Origin: Eledone cirrhosa
Lineage: Eukaryota
DNA length: 64,000 nucleotides
Direction: 5' to 3'
Assembly (NCBI GenBank): GCA_964016885.1
Contig: OZ024741.1
Location: 44,702,001 to 44,766,000 of the forward strand
Position numbers and translations under genes: made by a program. The notes beneath the pieces are model-generated. The model did no database searches and was not told where the DNA came from. It saw only the letters and a list, made by a program, of their open reading frames with translations. Shown piece after piece: positions 15,492 through 28,028 of this stretch. Every line of letters starts with the position of its first letter. Position 1 is the first letter of the stretch.

Positions 15492-18200
15492 AGTATAAAA
15501 GAGAAAACACAGGTAAGCATTAAGAGAAGGATTTTATCCAGGTATTTACGACTGTTTCATTGGTAAGTGCAACCTTTTTTGCTATACTGCAAATAGCAGC
15601 CACTCATTTATAATTGTTGTTCACGTCCAAATGTTGACATAAATACATTCCTAAAAGAGCTGCGAACTACCAATGGAATTATTGTCAAAGCGGACAAAAC
15701 CTCAAATGTGTATACGATGGATGTTAATACATACAATAGCTTCATACGGAAAGAATTACATAGGAAATACGAAAACACTAATGAGGCGGCACTGATAAAC
15801 TTCAAAAACGAGGCACACAATATAGTCAAACACCTAGGAATAGACGACAGAACGGAGCCACTTAGGCCATGTACCCCCTCATTTAATCTCAAGGACCACA
15901 AGGTAAATTTTGATTATAACCCCACAATTAGACTTATATGCCCGTCCAAATCGGACATCGGGAAAATTAGTAAACATATATTAGACAGAGTGATAGCACA
16001 AATGAAGAATAAACTAGTGATTAAACTACGGGGTAACGCTACCGAAACAATTAAGTGGTTTAACAATATAGCTAACAAAAAAGTATCTAAATTTATACAA
16101 TTTGACATTAACGACTATTACTTCTCTATATCCCCCAACACCTTGAATAAAGCCTTAGCATTCTCCAAAGCCAATTCTGACCTAACAGACGACGAGATAA
16201 AAATCATATTAGCTGTAAGACTCCGTAAAAATATTAGAAAGACTCTCGGGAATCTAGGCCTTAGCATAACGCATGAGTATAGCACTAAAACAGTTAAGTT
16301 TCTAGACGGACGCTTAACCTAAATACGGGACTTATAAAACCTTTTCACAAGATTAATGAAAACTTAGCATACGTCAACTGTAACTCAAACCACCCACTAT
16401 CCATAATTAAATCCATTCCAGGCAGCATATCCCTTAGGATCTCCCGCCTCTCGTCTAACCGACAAATCTTCGAGGAACATGTAGAATACTACAATACCGC
16501 ATTAGACAAGGCAGGCCACTTAGATAGAGTAGAATATATAGATGAAAGCCTCCGCAAAGCGCACACGAACACGCATAACACAAACTGCGGTAACACACGC
16601 ACAGACGCACTTACGCATAGAACTGCAAAGTATACGGTAAATAGAAATACCACATCGAAATCAAACAAATCACGCAGTAGAAAATATATTTGGTATAACC
16701 CCATATTTAACACCTCTATTAGTACTAACCTACCCTCTACCCTCTTAAGAATAGTAAATAAGCACTTTCCAGATTCACATAGATACAGCAAAATCCTTAA
16801 CACTAAATCTATTAGACTATCTTACTCCACGGCACAAAATATAGAAGCACATATTAAGATGCTTAAACGCTAAAAAGATACATAACAACACCAGAACATA
16901 AATTTACAACAATAACAATACAATCACCATTGAACACAACAGAATATCTAATACACAACCCCCCACTAATAGGCAATCAAAGCGTAAGACACTTGTACAG
17001 GCATCGCAGCCCACCAATAATGCCAAAGTTGCCCATGACAAGAATTGTAACTGCCACCTACCCGAAACCTGTCCATAACATAATGAATGTATGCAGTCTA
17101 ACCGGGTTTACCAATGCACAGTGGAATCAGACAACCAGAAATGGTATTACATCGGAGCGACTGGGAATACATTTAAAGCCCGTTGGTATACGCACCGTTA
17201 CGCAATAAAACATTCCCAACATCGTTATGTAACTACCCTTGCAAACAAGACCTGGCAATTGAGGGAAAGTAACCATCAATACACACTGAAGTGGAAAAAA
17301 TTATCGAACGCGCCCCCATATCGGAGTGGTATGAGAAGCTGTCGATTATATGACCTTGAGCTGTTCCACATTTTGAGTTCGAAGAATAAGTTACTCAACA
17401 ATAAAATCGAAAGATCAATTTATTGTAACCATAGACTCAAAGAAAAGTGTTCGCACTACAAATGCAAATCGAACCCTTAACCCCTTACTACCAACTGACA
17501 AACTGCATATACTTAGACTTTCTACCCTCTTATTGTATCTAAACCCTTTTAATTACCCACAAAAACCAATACCTATATCCCTCCCTTCTCCTTCATTCCT
17601 CTTCTATTTCTTCGTTTTCTTCCTTCCCTTCCCTTTTTGGCTATCTTTTCTTTTCTTCTTTCTCCCCCCTTCTTTGCTTTTATTTTTGTCATTATTATCT
17701 TTATCTTTATTTTTTATATATATATTTATCTCTTTATATCTCCCCCCTCTCTCTCTCTCTCTCTCCATCCCTCCCACTATGATCAATTTAATTCTCTTTA
17801 ACTCACTACATACGACGACATAAAAGTCTACTTATCAAAACTGATCAAGGAAACCTTCCACCTCTACCCATCCCTCCATCTCAGTTTGTCACTCTACTTC
17901 CTAACTCTTCTCCCCCTTCCTCTCTCTCTATACTATTCCGTTTGACCCCTCACCTTCTGAATCCTCTCTCTCTATACTAGTAAATACAATTCCAAATAAA
18001 TGTTTTTCACTATATATTAAGAACTATTTCAAGAGTAACTTACTCACTATTTTGAAAATTGGACGTGAACAACAATTATAATCGAGTGGCTGCTATTTGC
18101 AGTATAGCAATATAAGGTTGCACTTACCAATGAAACGGTCGTAAATACCTGGATAAAATCCTTCTCTTAATGATTACATGTGTTGTCTCTTTTATACTAT
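15492..18200 (+). mobile_element. Penelope-like element (Naiad-type) with 5' inverted terminal repeat; RT catalytic core deleted
   Basis: IVKADKTSN..LKDHK..RLICPSKSDIGKISK..FIQFDINDYY; jumps from ILAVR to LRKNIRK (~16218) with no YxDD. GIY-YIG 17040-17480 (CNC..CP, VYQC..YIGAT..FKARW..H). 15492-15632 is the inverse of 18058-18200. Confidence 0.9.
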
Positions 18201-19042
18201 ATATATATATATATATATATATATGTCTCTCTCTCTCTATATATATAGGGTGGGAGCATAATGAATATGTTTATATTTAAATATGCGTCTTATTCGGTGT
18301 TTAGTTTTATGTATTTAAGTGAGTATATCGGAATGCATTAACAAATGATTCTAGCTTCAGCATGAAAATATATTTATATGATAAATAACACCAACTAATT
18401 GACGACTAAGTAACTGAAACGCCTCTTGGCAGAGGAACGACATGTTTGTATGTTTTAAAAGCGAAATATACGAAACTGTCATCTTCCAGAACTCTTATCA
18501 GCTTTAGTTTGGAAACGAGATGTCATTACATATGTCTTCTTTCTGGTAGCTCATAAGCTTTTAGATATTTTTCGATTTAGTATGGGGAGAAGACATATAA
18601 TAACGATATCTTTTGAATATCTATTTTGAAAGGAATATAAACCCGTTTCCAATGTATTTTTTATAATATTGTCTGTATGCAATATGCTGCAAATACCAGC
18701 TTAATAACATATAGAAGAACATTAATATGAAAATACAGAATCCTTTAAAAATATGAGCCGAATATATAATGAATTACGATTTTCTTAATGAAGCACGGAG
18801 CTAAAAAAATATTAGTGTGTATATAGAGAATAGAGGACGTGTTGGAATGAATGCAACTACAGGAAAATATTTGGACAAGAATATTTATTCCTATCATAAA
18901 TGAAGCATAGAGTAGAAAATGATGGAAGAAATGATGTATTACTTCTCGTCATTACATTTTATATCAAATAAACATGCGATCATTTAGTCAAGAATTGCAA
19001 ATGATACTAAACATATCAATCATATACAGATACAGTGAAAAT

Positions 19043-19134
<92 letters not shown>

Positions 19135-19444
19135 GTTACATACTCTTGAAGTGTGTACGTATTTATACTGCTGCACTTAAATATAGGGATGAAAAAGAAT
19201 TGCTTTCTGTGTAAAGGTACGAATTCAAACAGAATACTGATACGTTTTTTTTATTTTCTAATACTTCCTTGTAAGTATATATGTATATATATATATATGT
19301 GTGTATGTGTGTGTGTGTGTATGTGTGTGTGTATAGTAATAATAATAAATGTGAAGACTAAAATCCGAAGAGGGCTCGATACGCATAATATATATATAAA
19401 TATATATATAAAACCGTAGAGCAAATATTTATTAAAATAACAGG

Positions 19445-19513
19445 TTAAAGTTTAAGCAAAGAATCGGTGCTTTCACCCTTAACGGGATCCCCGTTTCTTT
19501 GCTTAAACTTTAA
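19445..19513. repeat. Inverted repeat with 19-bp perfect arms
   Basis: TTAAAGTTTAAGCAAAGAA (19445-19463) / TTCTTTGCTTAAACTTTAA (19495-19513). Confidence 0.85.
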
Positions 19514-19529
19514 ACTTGACTAATAATAA

Positions 19530-22500
19530 AACAAGGGTTTACATAAAGTGGACATTAAGGACAGTACAGGACAATACAGGACGGTACAAATGGGCATTTC
19601 TGCGTGTAAAAAAAACAGAGGATGTAATAAAATAACAAAGAAAAATTCCCCAATAGGGGGGAGACTTCCGAGGGACATTTGTTGAGAAAGCCCATTAAAA
19701 GACCACAGTGACCCTGACCACCAGGGCAAGTGCCCTCTCCCAGTTTTCCACCTTTAATTTACAGACACATACTCAGAGAAGGCCCATTCTTTCAGGCTCT
19801 ACTTGCTTCTCTCACCCATCTTTCAACAAAATGCTGGGAAGAGAGCACTTCCCTCTCTACCCTGATTTTCCTTTTCAAATGAAATTTGAAAAAGTTAATC
19901 AGGGCATCACCGAAGAGGTAAGTGCTCGTCTTCAGCCCTTCAAACGTGTCCACCATACTATCTCTTTCGCCATGCCCACCAGACAGATAAAAACTGCCTG
20001 CCCTTCCTGGCTAAAGGAAGATGGCGGGGCAATCCTCACGATGGACTCAGCTGATAGCCGGATCCGTCCTACACGTGACAGCAGGTGTTCGATATAAACC
20101 CACAAGTCAGCAATGCTCGGACACTGGACGAGTGCGTGCAGGACGGTTTCGTCGCCCTGCGCGCATCTCGGACATGCTCGACTGAAGGCACCTCCATGCC
20201 TGTAGAGTTTATCCCGAACTGGCAAAGTTCCCCGGTAGCACTGCCAGGCCAGGGATTTCTGGAAGTTGTCCATAGGCCCCTGCCCGAAAGACCGTCCGAA
20301 GAGATTGGCTAGTTGATTTTCATCGACAGCCTAGAGTTTCTCCAAGTACGTCGTCGCTCTTCCCCTCCACTAATCCTCTATAGAACGCCAAGGTGGAGTG
20401 TCCACCGATCACATTGCCCGATTGGTCGAGGGCTGTGAGTGCCTGAAGACATTCCAGTCTCCAAGAGCTCCCGCTCGTTCTTCGCTTGACCCAGGACTGC
20501 AGCTCCGTCAAGGAGACGAGATGGGGAAAGACGTGTCTAGCAAACGGCGACCACACCTGATCACCGTCGAGGAAGAGGGGGAGATGTCGTGGCCTGAGCG
20601 TGTGTCTGCGCATCATCAGCCACAGCATGCTGAGCCCTCCACGTAGCGGGTGTTGACAGCAGATGGACCGACTGACCATCGGAGTGCGTCCCTTCCACAA
20701 AAAGCGAAAGAGCAAAAGCTCCAGCGCAGTCAGGCGGGGCTTACGACAAGGTACGACGGTCAGGCGGGGCTTACGACAAGGTACGACGGTCAGGCGGTAG
20801 TAGATGACGGACGCGATGTACGCGTTAGCCACCTCCGCTCGACCTTTCAGGGATAGCTTCCTCTCCGCCCATTTCTGGGTCAGAGGAGCCACCCTGCTCG
20901 TCACCTCGTCCCAGTGTTTGTCCGTCTGGAGGTCCGGACCGAACAAGACCCCTAGCAATTTAACCGGTCCGTCAATTCCGGCGGCCGACGACGCTGTTGG
21001 ACGGCATGGACCTGCCTCTCCATGTGCCGAGCTGCAGGCCCACTGACTTTTACTGGTTGATCATTGCTCCTGTCACCACTTCGTATTCTCTTAGTGTAGT
21101 CCCGATCGCCTCGATGTGTTTGGCGTTCGACACCACTCCGGTGACATCGTCCGCATATGCTGACACGGATCTAGTTCGCGCGGGACCCCCCACAACGTCT
21201 TTAGTTTGTGCACTAATGGCTCAAGAGTCAATACGTACAAGAGGGACGAGAGGGGACATCCTTGGCGGACTGAGCGCATGATGTTGTACAGGTTCCGAAA
21301 TGTGACCGTTCACTCTCACCACAGAGCAGATGTCGCTGTGCGTGGCAGCGATCCAGCCTCTGAAGACGGTCCCAAACCCAGCCGCCCTCAGGACTGCCGC
21401 TAGGTAACGATGGTCGACCCTATCGAAAGCTTTCGACTGATCTAAATAGATCAAGGACCCACCCGTGCCAGGTTCGCTAGCTACCCTCTCTACGATGTAT
21501 CGTATGAGGTGGAGGTTGTCGTGGATGGATCTGTCGGGAATGGCGCACGTCTGCGCGCTCTCACCAGACCACCAACGACAAGCGCCAACCTCTTTGCTAG
21601 CACCTTGGCCAAAATCAACTCTGTGTTTAGCAGAGTTATGGGTCTTAAATTATCTATGTTATCCCCCTTGTTCGGATCCTTTATAAGCAGCGCCACAGCT
21701 CCTCGGCTCACAGGGCTGGGAATTCTCCCGTTCTGTTTCCAGTTGCAGTAGACGTCAGCCAAGAGGCCTCCGAACAAGTCTGGCATCTGAACGTAAAGCT
21801 CATCGGGCAGACCATCCAAACCAGGCGATTTACCCTTTGTGCAGCCAGTCATTGCCTCCCGTACGTCAGCGGCTGTTATCGGCTTTTCGAAACACTCCGC
21901 CTCAGTGGCCGAGAGCCGCGGCAGTCCGTCGAGGTAGACACTAAAGTCCATCCCTCGATACGGCCCGCCGCTGCCCCCGAACAGCTGGGTGAAGTGTCGC
22001 TCGAAAGCTTCACACATTTGCCCGGGATCGAGTAGCATGAACCCGTCGTGGTCCACCAAAGACTGGATCGTGGCTTTGTTGCCACGACGCGCCTCCGCCA
22101 CTCGGGCCCATTGAACGGTTTTCGTCCCCTCGTGTCTGAGAGCACGCACCTTAGCTCTGATAACGCAGCCTTCGTGCTTAGCATTGAATAATTGGTCAAG
22201 GGCCAATTTCGCCGCCAGTACGTCGGTATCGATGTCTTTGCTAAGCGCCTCGTCTAATTTTCTAACTAGTTCTCCCTCTGCTCTATTTTTCTCTATTGCT
22301 AAAGCCTTACTAAATCTAATGGACTCTATTCTAATCGCTCTTTTCAGAGCAAACCACCACTTGTTGTTGACGATGTCCCACTTAACTAGTTAGCTAATCC
22401 GGTTTATGTAGGCCGTGCGCGCTGGTAAGGACTTTTTAGCTTCCAGTAGCCGGGTCCTCGTCTATGAAGCCTATCTAAGTAAAGCACACAGATCACGAAT

Positions 22501-25073
22501 TTGTGGTCCGTGTAGCTGACTATCTTGAATTGTGGACAGCCTATGCTAGACCTATCTATTTCCCTACAAAATACTCTATCTAGATATGATCTGCATGATA
22601 CTATGATCTGGATGACCCTATGCCTGAAGAAATCTGGCCGTCCTTCCCCTGTTGGGGCATAGACGGCCACTAGCCTGAAAGCTTGCCCTTCTCCTCTGGT
22701 CACGTCCAGCACCACCAACTTACCTTCTGGGTCCAGGAAGATGGCCCGTATGGCGAGATCCAAACCTCTCCGAAAAAGCTCAGCAACTCCTCCCGCCGAT
22801 CCCGGACGGCTGGAAGATGCGTACACATCGTAGCCGCCGAAGATCGGTGCGACGGCCCGTGCTTCGGAGGTTCTGGTCTCGTTGATGGCCACTACATCTA
22901 TGTTTAGTGACCTGAGGTCGTTGAGCAGGTGGCCCTGCTTCCATGACGACCCCAAGCCACGCGCATTTATGCGGCCTATTCTGAGTGAGGTCATGTTGAA
23001 ATGGAGTGGAAAAGATTAGAAGGAACACTTACCTTACTTCTCGTAGAGGAAGGATGGTTTGTCCATCCTTTTCACTGCTTGTGGCCTCCTCCGCAAGGAT
23101 GTCCTTATAAATCCTCCTGGAGAGTGTTTGTCGGAAGTCTCCGATGTCTTTAGGGAATTTTTGTTTTAGTGTCATGTACGTTTTCTGTGTGATGCGAGTG
23201 ATTTGTATGAGTGGAGGTGGTGTGAATTTTGGGGTTGTTGTGTGGTCCTTTTCTGTGATGCTGGTGTTGTGTTGGATGTAGTGTAATAATTGGTTGTTGT
23301 TCAAATTTAATGCTGTGTAGTGTGTATCGTTTTGGTTGTTTTGTTTTGTTTGCGTTTGTTGTGGGTTTGTTTCTGTTTCCCTCTGTATTTTGTTTTTGGA
23401 GGGGGTAGGAAGAGAATTTTTTTCTTTTTGGGTTTCTTTTTTTCTTTTTTCCTGATACCGTTTCCCACTCCTCGTCGTCACAATCTGTCTCCAGTTGTGA
23501 TAGGCCGGGGAGTCGAAAATCCTCCACAGGAGTTGGTTTTGGTTGTGGCGTCGTGGATGGTGTAGGCGCTGGTGCTAGTTCTGGTGCGTTGGGTGGGGGT
23601 GGTATTTGTTTTGCTACTGTTGCTGGGGTTGTTGCTGTTACAGTTGCTTCTGTTGTTGCTGCTACAGTTGTTGCTGCCATCTCTGCTGCTGGTGGTGTTG
23701 ATGGTTGAGTCACTGGTGTGGGTAAGAGAGGTGGCCTCAACCTTTTAGCCTGAAGGCAGAAAGCACAAACGACACACCTAGGCCTTCTGCCCTCGAAGAT
23801 TACGGTGAGGTGGCTGGCGTCAGTGAGGTCTATTACCTCTAGGATCTCCTCAATGCTATTTTGGTCCGCTTGGATCAGGAGCTGCATCCCAGATCCGGAC
23901 CAGTTCTCCTGCTTTTCTTTCGCTATTTCGATTATCTTGGTGTTGGCTTCGATGCCGGCGAGGACGGCAGCTATTAGCCAGGGAATTTCGATGGCCGATG
24001 GAACGTGGGTCACCCTGCTCTTTACGAGTCTCTGGCACAATAGCTTGGGACGAGTGTGAAGTCGTCACTTCTTAATGGGGCCATGGAGTGTTCTCTAGCC
24101 TCCTGTGGTGTTTCAAAGAACACGTCCACGGTTCAATATTTCTGCCCACGTCTGATGTGGGGTTATTTTGCCCACACATGTCCCAAAGCTTTTTGGATTT
24201 GGGACTCGGATGCCCGTTCGACTCGGCGCGATTTTATGTTAATTGTTCGATAAGACACGGTGCATAGGCGCCGATGCTCCATTTTATTAGGTGCGGGGGT
24301 GAGGCTGACCCTGTACCCATCTTTCTTTACCATTTTTTTGGCTTCTTCTAATTCCTCCTGAGTTATCTGAAATTCTTCGCACTGTTTTGCTACTCTGGCA
24401 AAACTCAGGGTGGTTTTCTTAATTTCATTGTTGTTGTTGTTGTTGTTATCGTTAATTTTGTTATTGTTAATTTTAGTTTCAGTTGTGGTGGTGCTGGTGG
24501 TGTCAGTGGTGTTCGGTGTGGAAGAGTTCATTTTAATTGAATTCATTTCGATGTCACGAGTTAATTTCTTTTTTTCTTTTATTTCTGTTGTCGCGGTGGT
24601 GGTGTTGGGGGGGTTGTCGCGGTGGTGGTGGGGCTGGGGGTTGCCGCGGTGGTGGTGGGGTTGTCGCGGTGGTGGTGGTGGTGGCGGCTTTAACACCAAC
24701 AGTCATAGGTAATGGCGGGAAATGAATGTCTGCCTGAGACAAATTAAAAATATTGCTACTGCTTATATATTTAGTGTTGGCAAACGTAGTAATATTTACA
24801 ATGGTGGTGTCGGTGTGAAGTGTTAGTTTGTGAGGAAGGAGTGACTCTGAGTCGTCCATGATTTTTCAAAGAAAAATTTTTGTTTGATAATTATAAAAGT
24901 TTAAATTTTGGGCTGAAGGCCCCAATCTTTTTGGGTGTCCTTTTCAGATAACAAGGCATGTGCACTTATATACAGTTAACAATAAAAAATTTCCATAAAT
25001 AGCAATTTTAAACAACTGAAAATAACAAACCTTTGCGGAGCTCACGATGATACGATTTACTACGTAGGTCGTC
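19530..25073 (-). mobile_element. Tx1-clade LINE, near full length, degenerate (Tx1-a)
   Basis: 5' UTR 24860-25073; ORF1 fragments 24859-23029 (N/T-rich start, EGRRPRC knuckle remnant); ORF2 APE from 22994 (INARGL, VAVYAPTG, YTDH); RT (KSPGLDGLP, DQSKAFDRV, VRQGCPLS, YADD); C-terminal CPRC..ETVLHAL..C. AAT repeats on both sides. Confidence 0.95.

Positions 25074-25128
<55 letters not shown>
25074..25128. repeat. (AAT)n tract between Tx1 5' end and Dong 5' junction
   Basis: Pure AAT run in sequence. Confidence 0.97.
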
Positions 25129-25131
<3 letters not shown>

Positions 25132-27490
25132 CCTTTGGATAAATGCCTTCACAGAGTCTCATGAGCTGTTAGCCCAACTTTACAATGAAATAGTTAAGGA
25201 GCCAGAAAAGATACCATCATGGCTAGTTAACGGCATTACATTCCTGCTACCGAAGAATGATGAGACAAACAATCCCAAAAATTACAGACCGATAACCTGC
25301 TTGACCACAATGTATAACATTTTAACATCAGTCCTAACTGAATACACATATGACCACCTGATAACAAATGACCTATTTCCCATTGAGCAGAAAGGGTGTA
25401 AACGAGGCTCATATGGCTGTAAGGATCAGCTTCTGGTTAACAAAATGATACTGGAAGATTGTCATAATAGACACAAAAATCTATCGATTGCTTGGATAGA
25501 TTATAAAAAAGCATTTGATAGTTTGCCACACAGTTGGATTGAAAAATGTTTAGAGATTTTCAAAATATCCCCCGTTATCAGGAGGTTTTTGTCATTCAGT
25601 ATGAGGACATGGAGAACGACACTCCTTTTGAATAGTGAAACAAAATCACTGGAAGCTGGAGAAGTTAACATTAATTGTGGAATTTTTCAGGGTGACTCTT
25701 TATCACCGCTTTTATTCTGCTTCGCACTTATACCATTAAGTAAAATGCTCAATGAAACAAAACATGGATATAGAGTCTATGACAAAACCATTAATCACCT
25801 GTTCTACATTGATGACCTGAAACTATTTGCAAAAAATGATGAACAATTGCAAGGGCTATTATCCACTGTGAAGCAGTTCAGTGATGACATTAAAATGGAG
25901 TTTGGACTGGATAAATGCGCCAAAGCAACGTTCACCAGAGGAAAGCTGCTGAAGAGTTCAGACATTAATCTTGATCGGGGGAACGTGATAAGAGAGCTTG
26001 ATCAAGAACAAACTTACAAATATCTAGGTGTTTGTGAAGGAGACGGAATCAAGCATTCGACAATGAGGGAAAGGAAGGAATGTTACCGCAGAGTCAGAGC
26101 AATCTTAAGAACGGAATTGAATGCAAGGAATAGAATCGATGCCATAAACACGCTTGCCATACCAGTAGTAACCTACAGTTACAATGTCATCAACTGGTCA
26201 AGCACAGAGATCCGTAGGCTCGATACAAAAATCCGAAAATTCTTAACCATGCACAGAATGCATCACCCTAAGGCAGACATAGATAGAATATATCTCCCTG
26301 GGAAAGAAGGAGGACGTGGGTTAATCCAGTTAGACGTTGCGTTGAAAACTGCAACAATTGGATTATCCACATATCTAAGGGAATCACATGATTCGATGAT
26401 CAAACTCGTTTTGAAACACGAAAGCACCAAAAGATCATATTCCATTACAAAAGATGCACAAAGATACAGTAATGGACTACAAATTTCAGAAGTCCCATTT
26501 ACTGCTGAAATGGAAAACACAGAAAAAGCAAAGCAGGTAAAAGTAACTGCAAAGAAAGAACTGCTACAGAAACTGGCTAAGAAATGGCAAGAAAAGCCTT
26601 TGTATGGAAAATACCCAGAGCGAGCTAACAATCCTGATGTTGACAAAACTTTAACCCATCAGTGGTTGGCATCCTCTGGACTGAAATCGGAGACTGAAGG
26701 ACTGATTATATCCGCACAAGATCAGTGTCTGCCAACAAAAAATTACCAAGCCAACATAATAAAAAATGGGTGCAGCCCATTATGCCGTGTATGCAAAAAA
26801 CAACCAGAGACCATTGACCATATAATTTCAATGTGCAGTCCTATAGCTCCAACCGAATACCTAAACAGGCATGACAGAGCTGCACAATACATACATTGGA
26901 TAATGTGCAAGCATTTTGACCTGCCCCATCAAATGAATTGGTGGGAGCATCAACCACCTCCCATACTTGAAAAAGATCACATCTCAATCTTGTGGAACTT
27001 TAGCATCCAAACAGACCGAAAAATAGATGCAAATAGACCTGATATAATATTGAAGGACTTTCAAAGGAGGGTATGCCTGCTAATTGATATGTCTGTTCCA
27101 ATAGACAAGAATGTATCTATAAAAACATTTGAAAAATTGAGCAAGTATAAGGACCTGGAGATAGAAATTGGAAAAATGTGGAAATTGAGAACTAAAACAA
27201 TACCAGTGGTTGTAGGCGCTCTGGGAATGATACCTAAGGGGTCTAACGACTACTTATCGCAAATCCCAGGAAACCCGCGTATAGGAGAAATACAAAAGAT
27301 AGTACTAATGGGAACTGCCCATATACTAAGGAAGATCCTGTCAATATAAGTACATCACAAGTCTAAACACTAAGGATGCATGTGTGAATATGTGTGTTCT
27401 TTCTTGAACATGGCGGACCTTGTTGTCTCTTGAGGTCACTGGTTGTGACTTGGTGATAACTCGTATAAACATAAAGCAAGATAAATGCAA
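25128..27490 (+). mobile_element. Dong/R4-clade RLE non-LTR retrotransposon, 5'-truncated (Dong-1)
   Basis: Begins mid-ORF (matches ~41511); ORF through 27349; short 3' UTR ending in TAA repeats. Confidence 0.93.
25301..27349 (+). CDS. RT + CCHC zinc knuckle + PD-(D/E)xK restriction-like endonuclease (N-terminally truncated, frame uninterrupted)
   Basis: EQKGC, WIDYKKAFDS, GIFQGDSLSPLLF, YIDDLKL, CRVC..ETIDHIISMC, RHD, RPDII..IDMSVP..EKLSKY, VVGALG. Confidence 0.88.
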   Translation: MTTMYNILTSVLTEYTYDHLITNDLFPIEQKGCKRGSYGCKDQLLVNKMILEDCHNRHKNLSIAWIDYKKAFDSLPHSWIEKCLEIFKISPVIRRFLSFSMRTWRTTLLLNSETKSLEAGEVNINCGIFQGDSLSPLLFCFALIPLSKMLNETKHGYRVYDKTINHLFYIDDLKLFAKNDEQLQGLLSTVKQFSDDIKMEFGLDKCAKATFTRGKLLKSSDINLDRGNVIRELDQEQTYKYLGVCEGDGIKHSTMRERKECYRRVRAILRTELNARNRIDAINTLAIPVVTYSYNVINWSSTEIRRLDTKIRKFLTMHRMHHPKADIDRIYLPGKEGGRGLIQLDVALKTATIGLSTYLRESHDSMIKLVLKHESTKRSYSITKDAQRYSNGLQISEVPFTAEMENTEKAKQVKVTAKKELLQKLAKKWQEKPLYGKYPERANNPDVDKTLTHQWLASSGLKSETEGLIISAQDQCLPTKNYQANIIKNGCSPLCRVCKKQPETIDHIISMCSPIAPTEYLNRHDRAAQYIHWIMCKHFDLPHQMNWWEHQPPPILEKDHISILWNFSIQTDRKIDANRPDIILKDFQRRVCLLIDMSVPIDKNVSIKTFEKLSKYKDLEIEIGKMWKLRTKTIPVVVGALGMIPKGSNDYLSQIPGNPRIGEIQKIVLMGTAHILRKILSI

Positions 27491-27507
27491 ATAATATTAA
27501 TAATAAT

Positions 27508-28005
27508 GTTTTCTTTATTAACCACAAGGGTTCACAAAAAGTAGACATTAAGGACAGTACAGGACAATACAGGACGGTACAAATGGGCATTTCTGCTTGT
27601 AAAAAAACAGAGGTTGAAATAAAATAACAAAGAAAAATTCCCCAATAGGGGGGAGACTTCCAAGGGACTTTTGTGGAGAAAGCCCATTAAAAGACCACAG
27701 TGGCCCTGACTACCAGGGCAAGTGCCCTCTCCCAGTTTTCCACCTTTAATTTACAGACACATACTCAGAGAAGGCCCATTCATTCGGGCCATACTTGCTT
27801 CTCTCATCCATTTTTCAACAAAATGCTGGGAAGAGAGCACTTCCCTCTCTACCCTGATTTTCCTTTTCAAATGAAATTTGAAAAAGTTAATCAGGGCATC
27901 ACCGAAGAGGTAAGTGCTCGTCTTCAGCCCTTTCAAACGTGTCCACCATACTATCTCTTTCGCCATGGCCACCAGACAGATAAAAACTGCCTGCCCTTCC
28001 AGGCT
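27508..28005 (-). mobile_element. Tx1 3'-terminal fragment (Tx1-b, same family as Tx1-a), 5'-truncated
   Basis: Aligns with 19530-20013; ends CCCTTGTGGTTAATAAAGAAAAC(ATT)n; TAA runs on both sides. Confidence 0.93.
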
Positions 28006-28028
28006 AATAATAATAATAATAATAATAA

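Noticed and set aside
17040-17480. Possible selenocysteine recoding in Naiad-type GIY-YIG (reported for some Naiads)
   Set aside because: Conserved Cys positions are TGT/TGC (one TAT); the in-frame stop at 17076 is TAA at a Leu-type position, not TGA.
20731-20796. 30-bp tandem duplication in Tx1-a, and the ~33-bp triplication at ~54463-54566, as CRISPR-like arrays
   Set aside because: No unique spacers; simple in-frame slippage duplications in a eukaryotic LINE.
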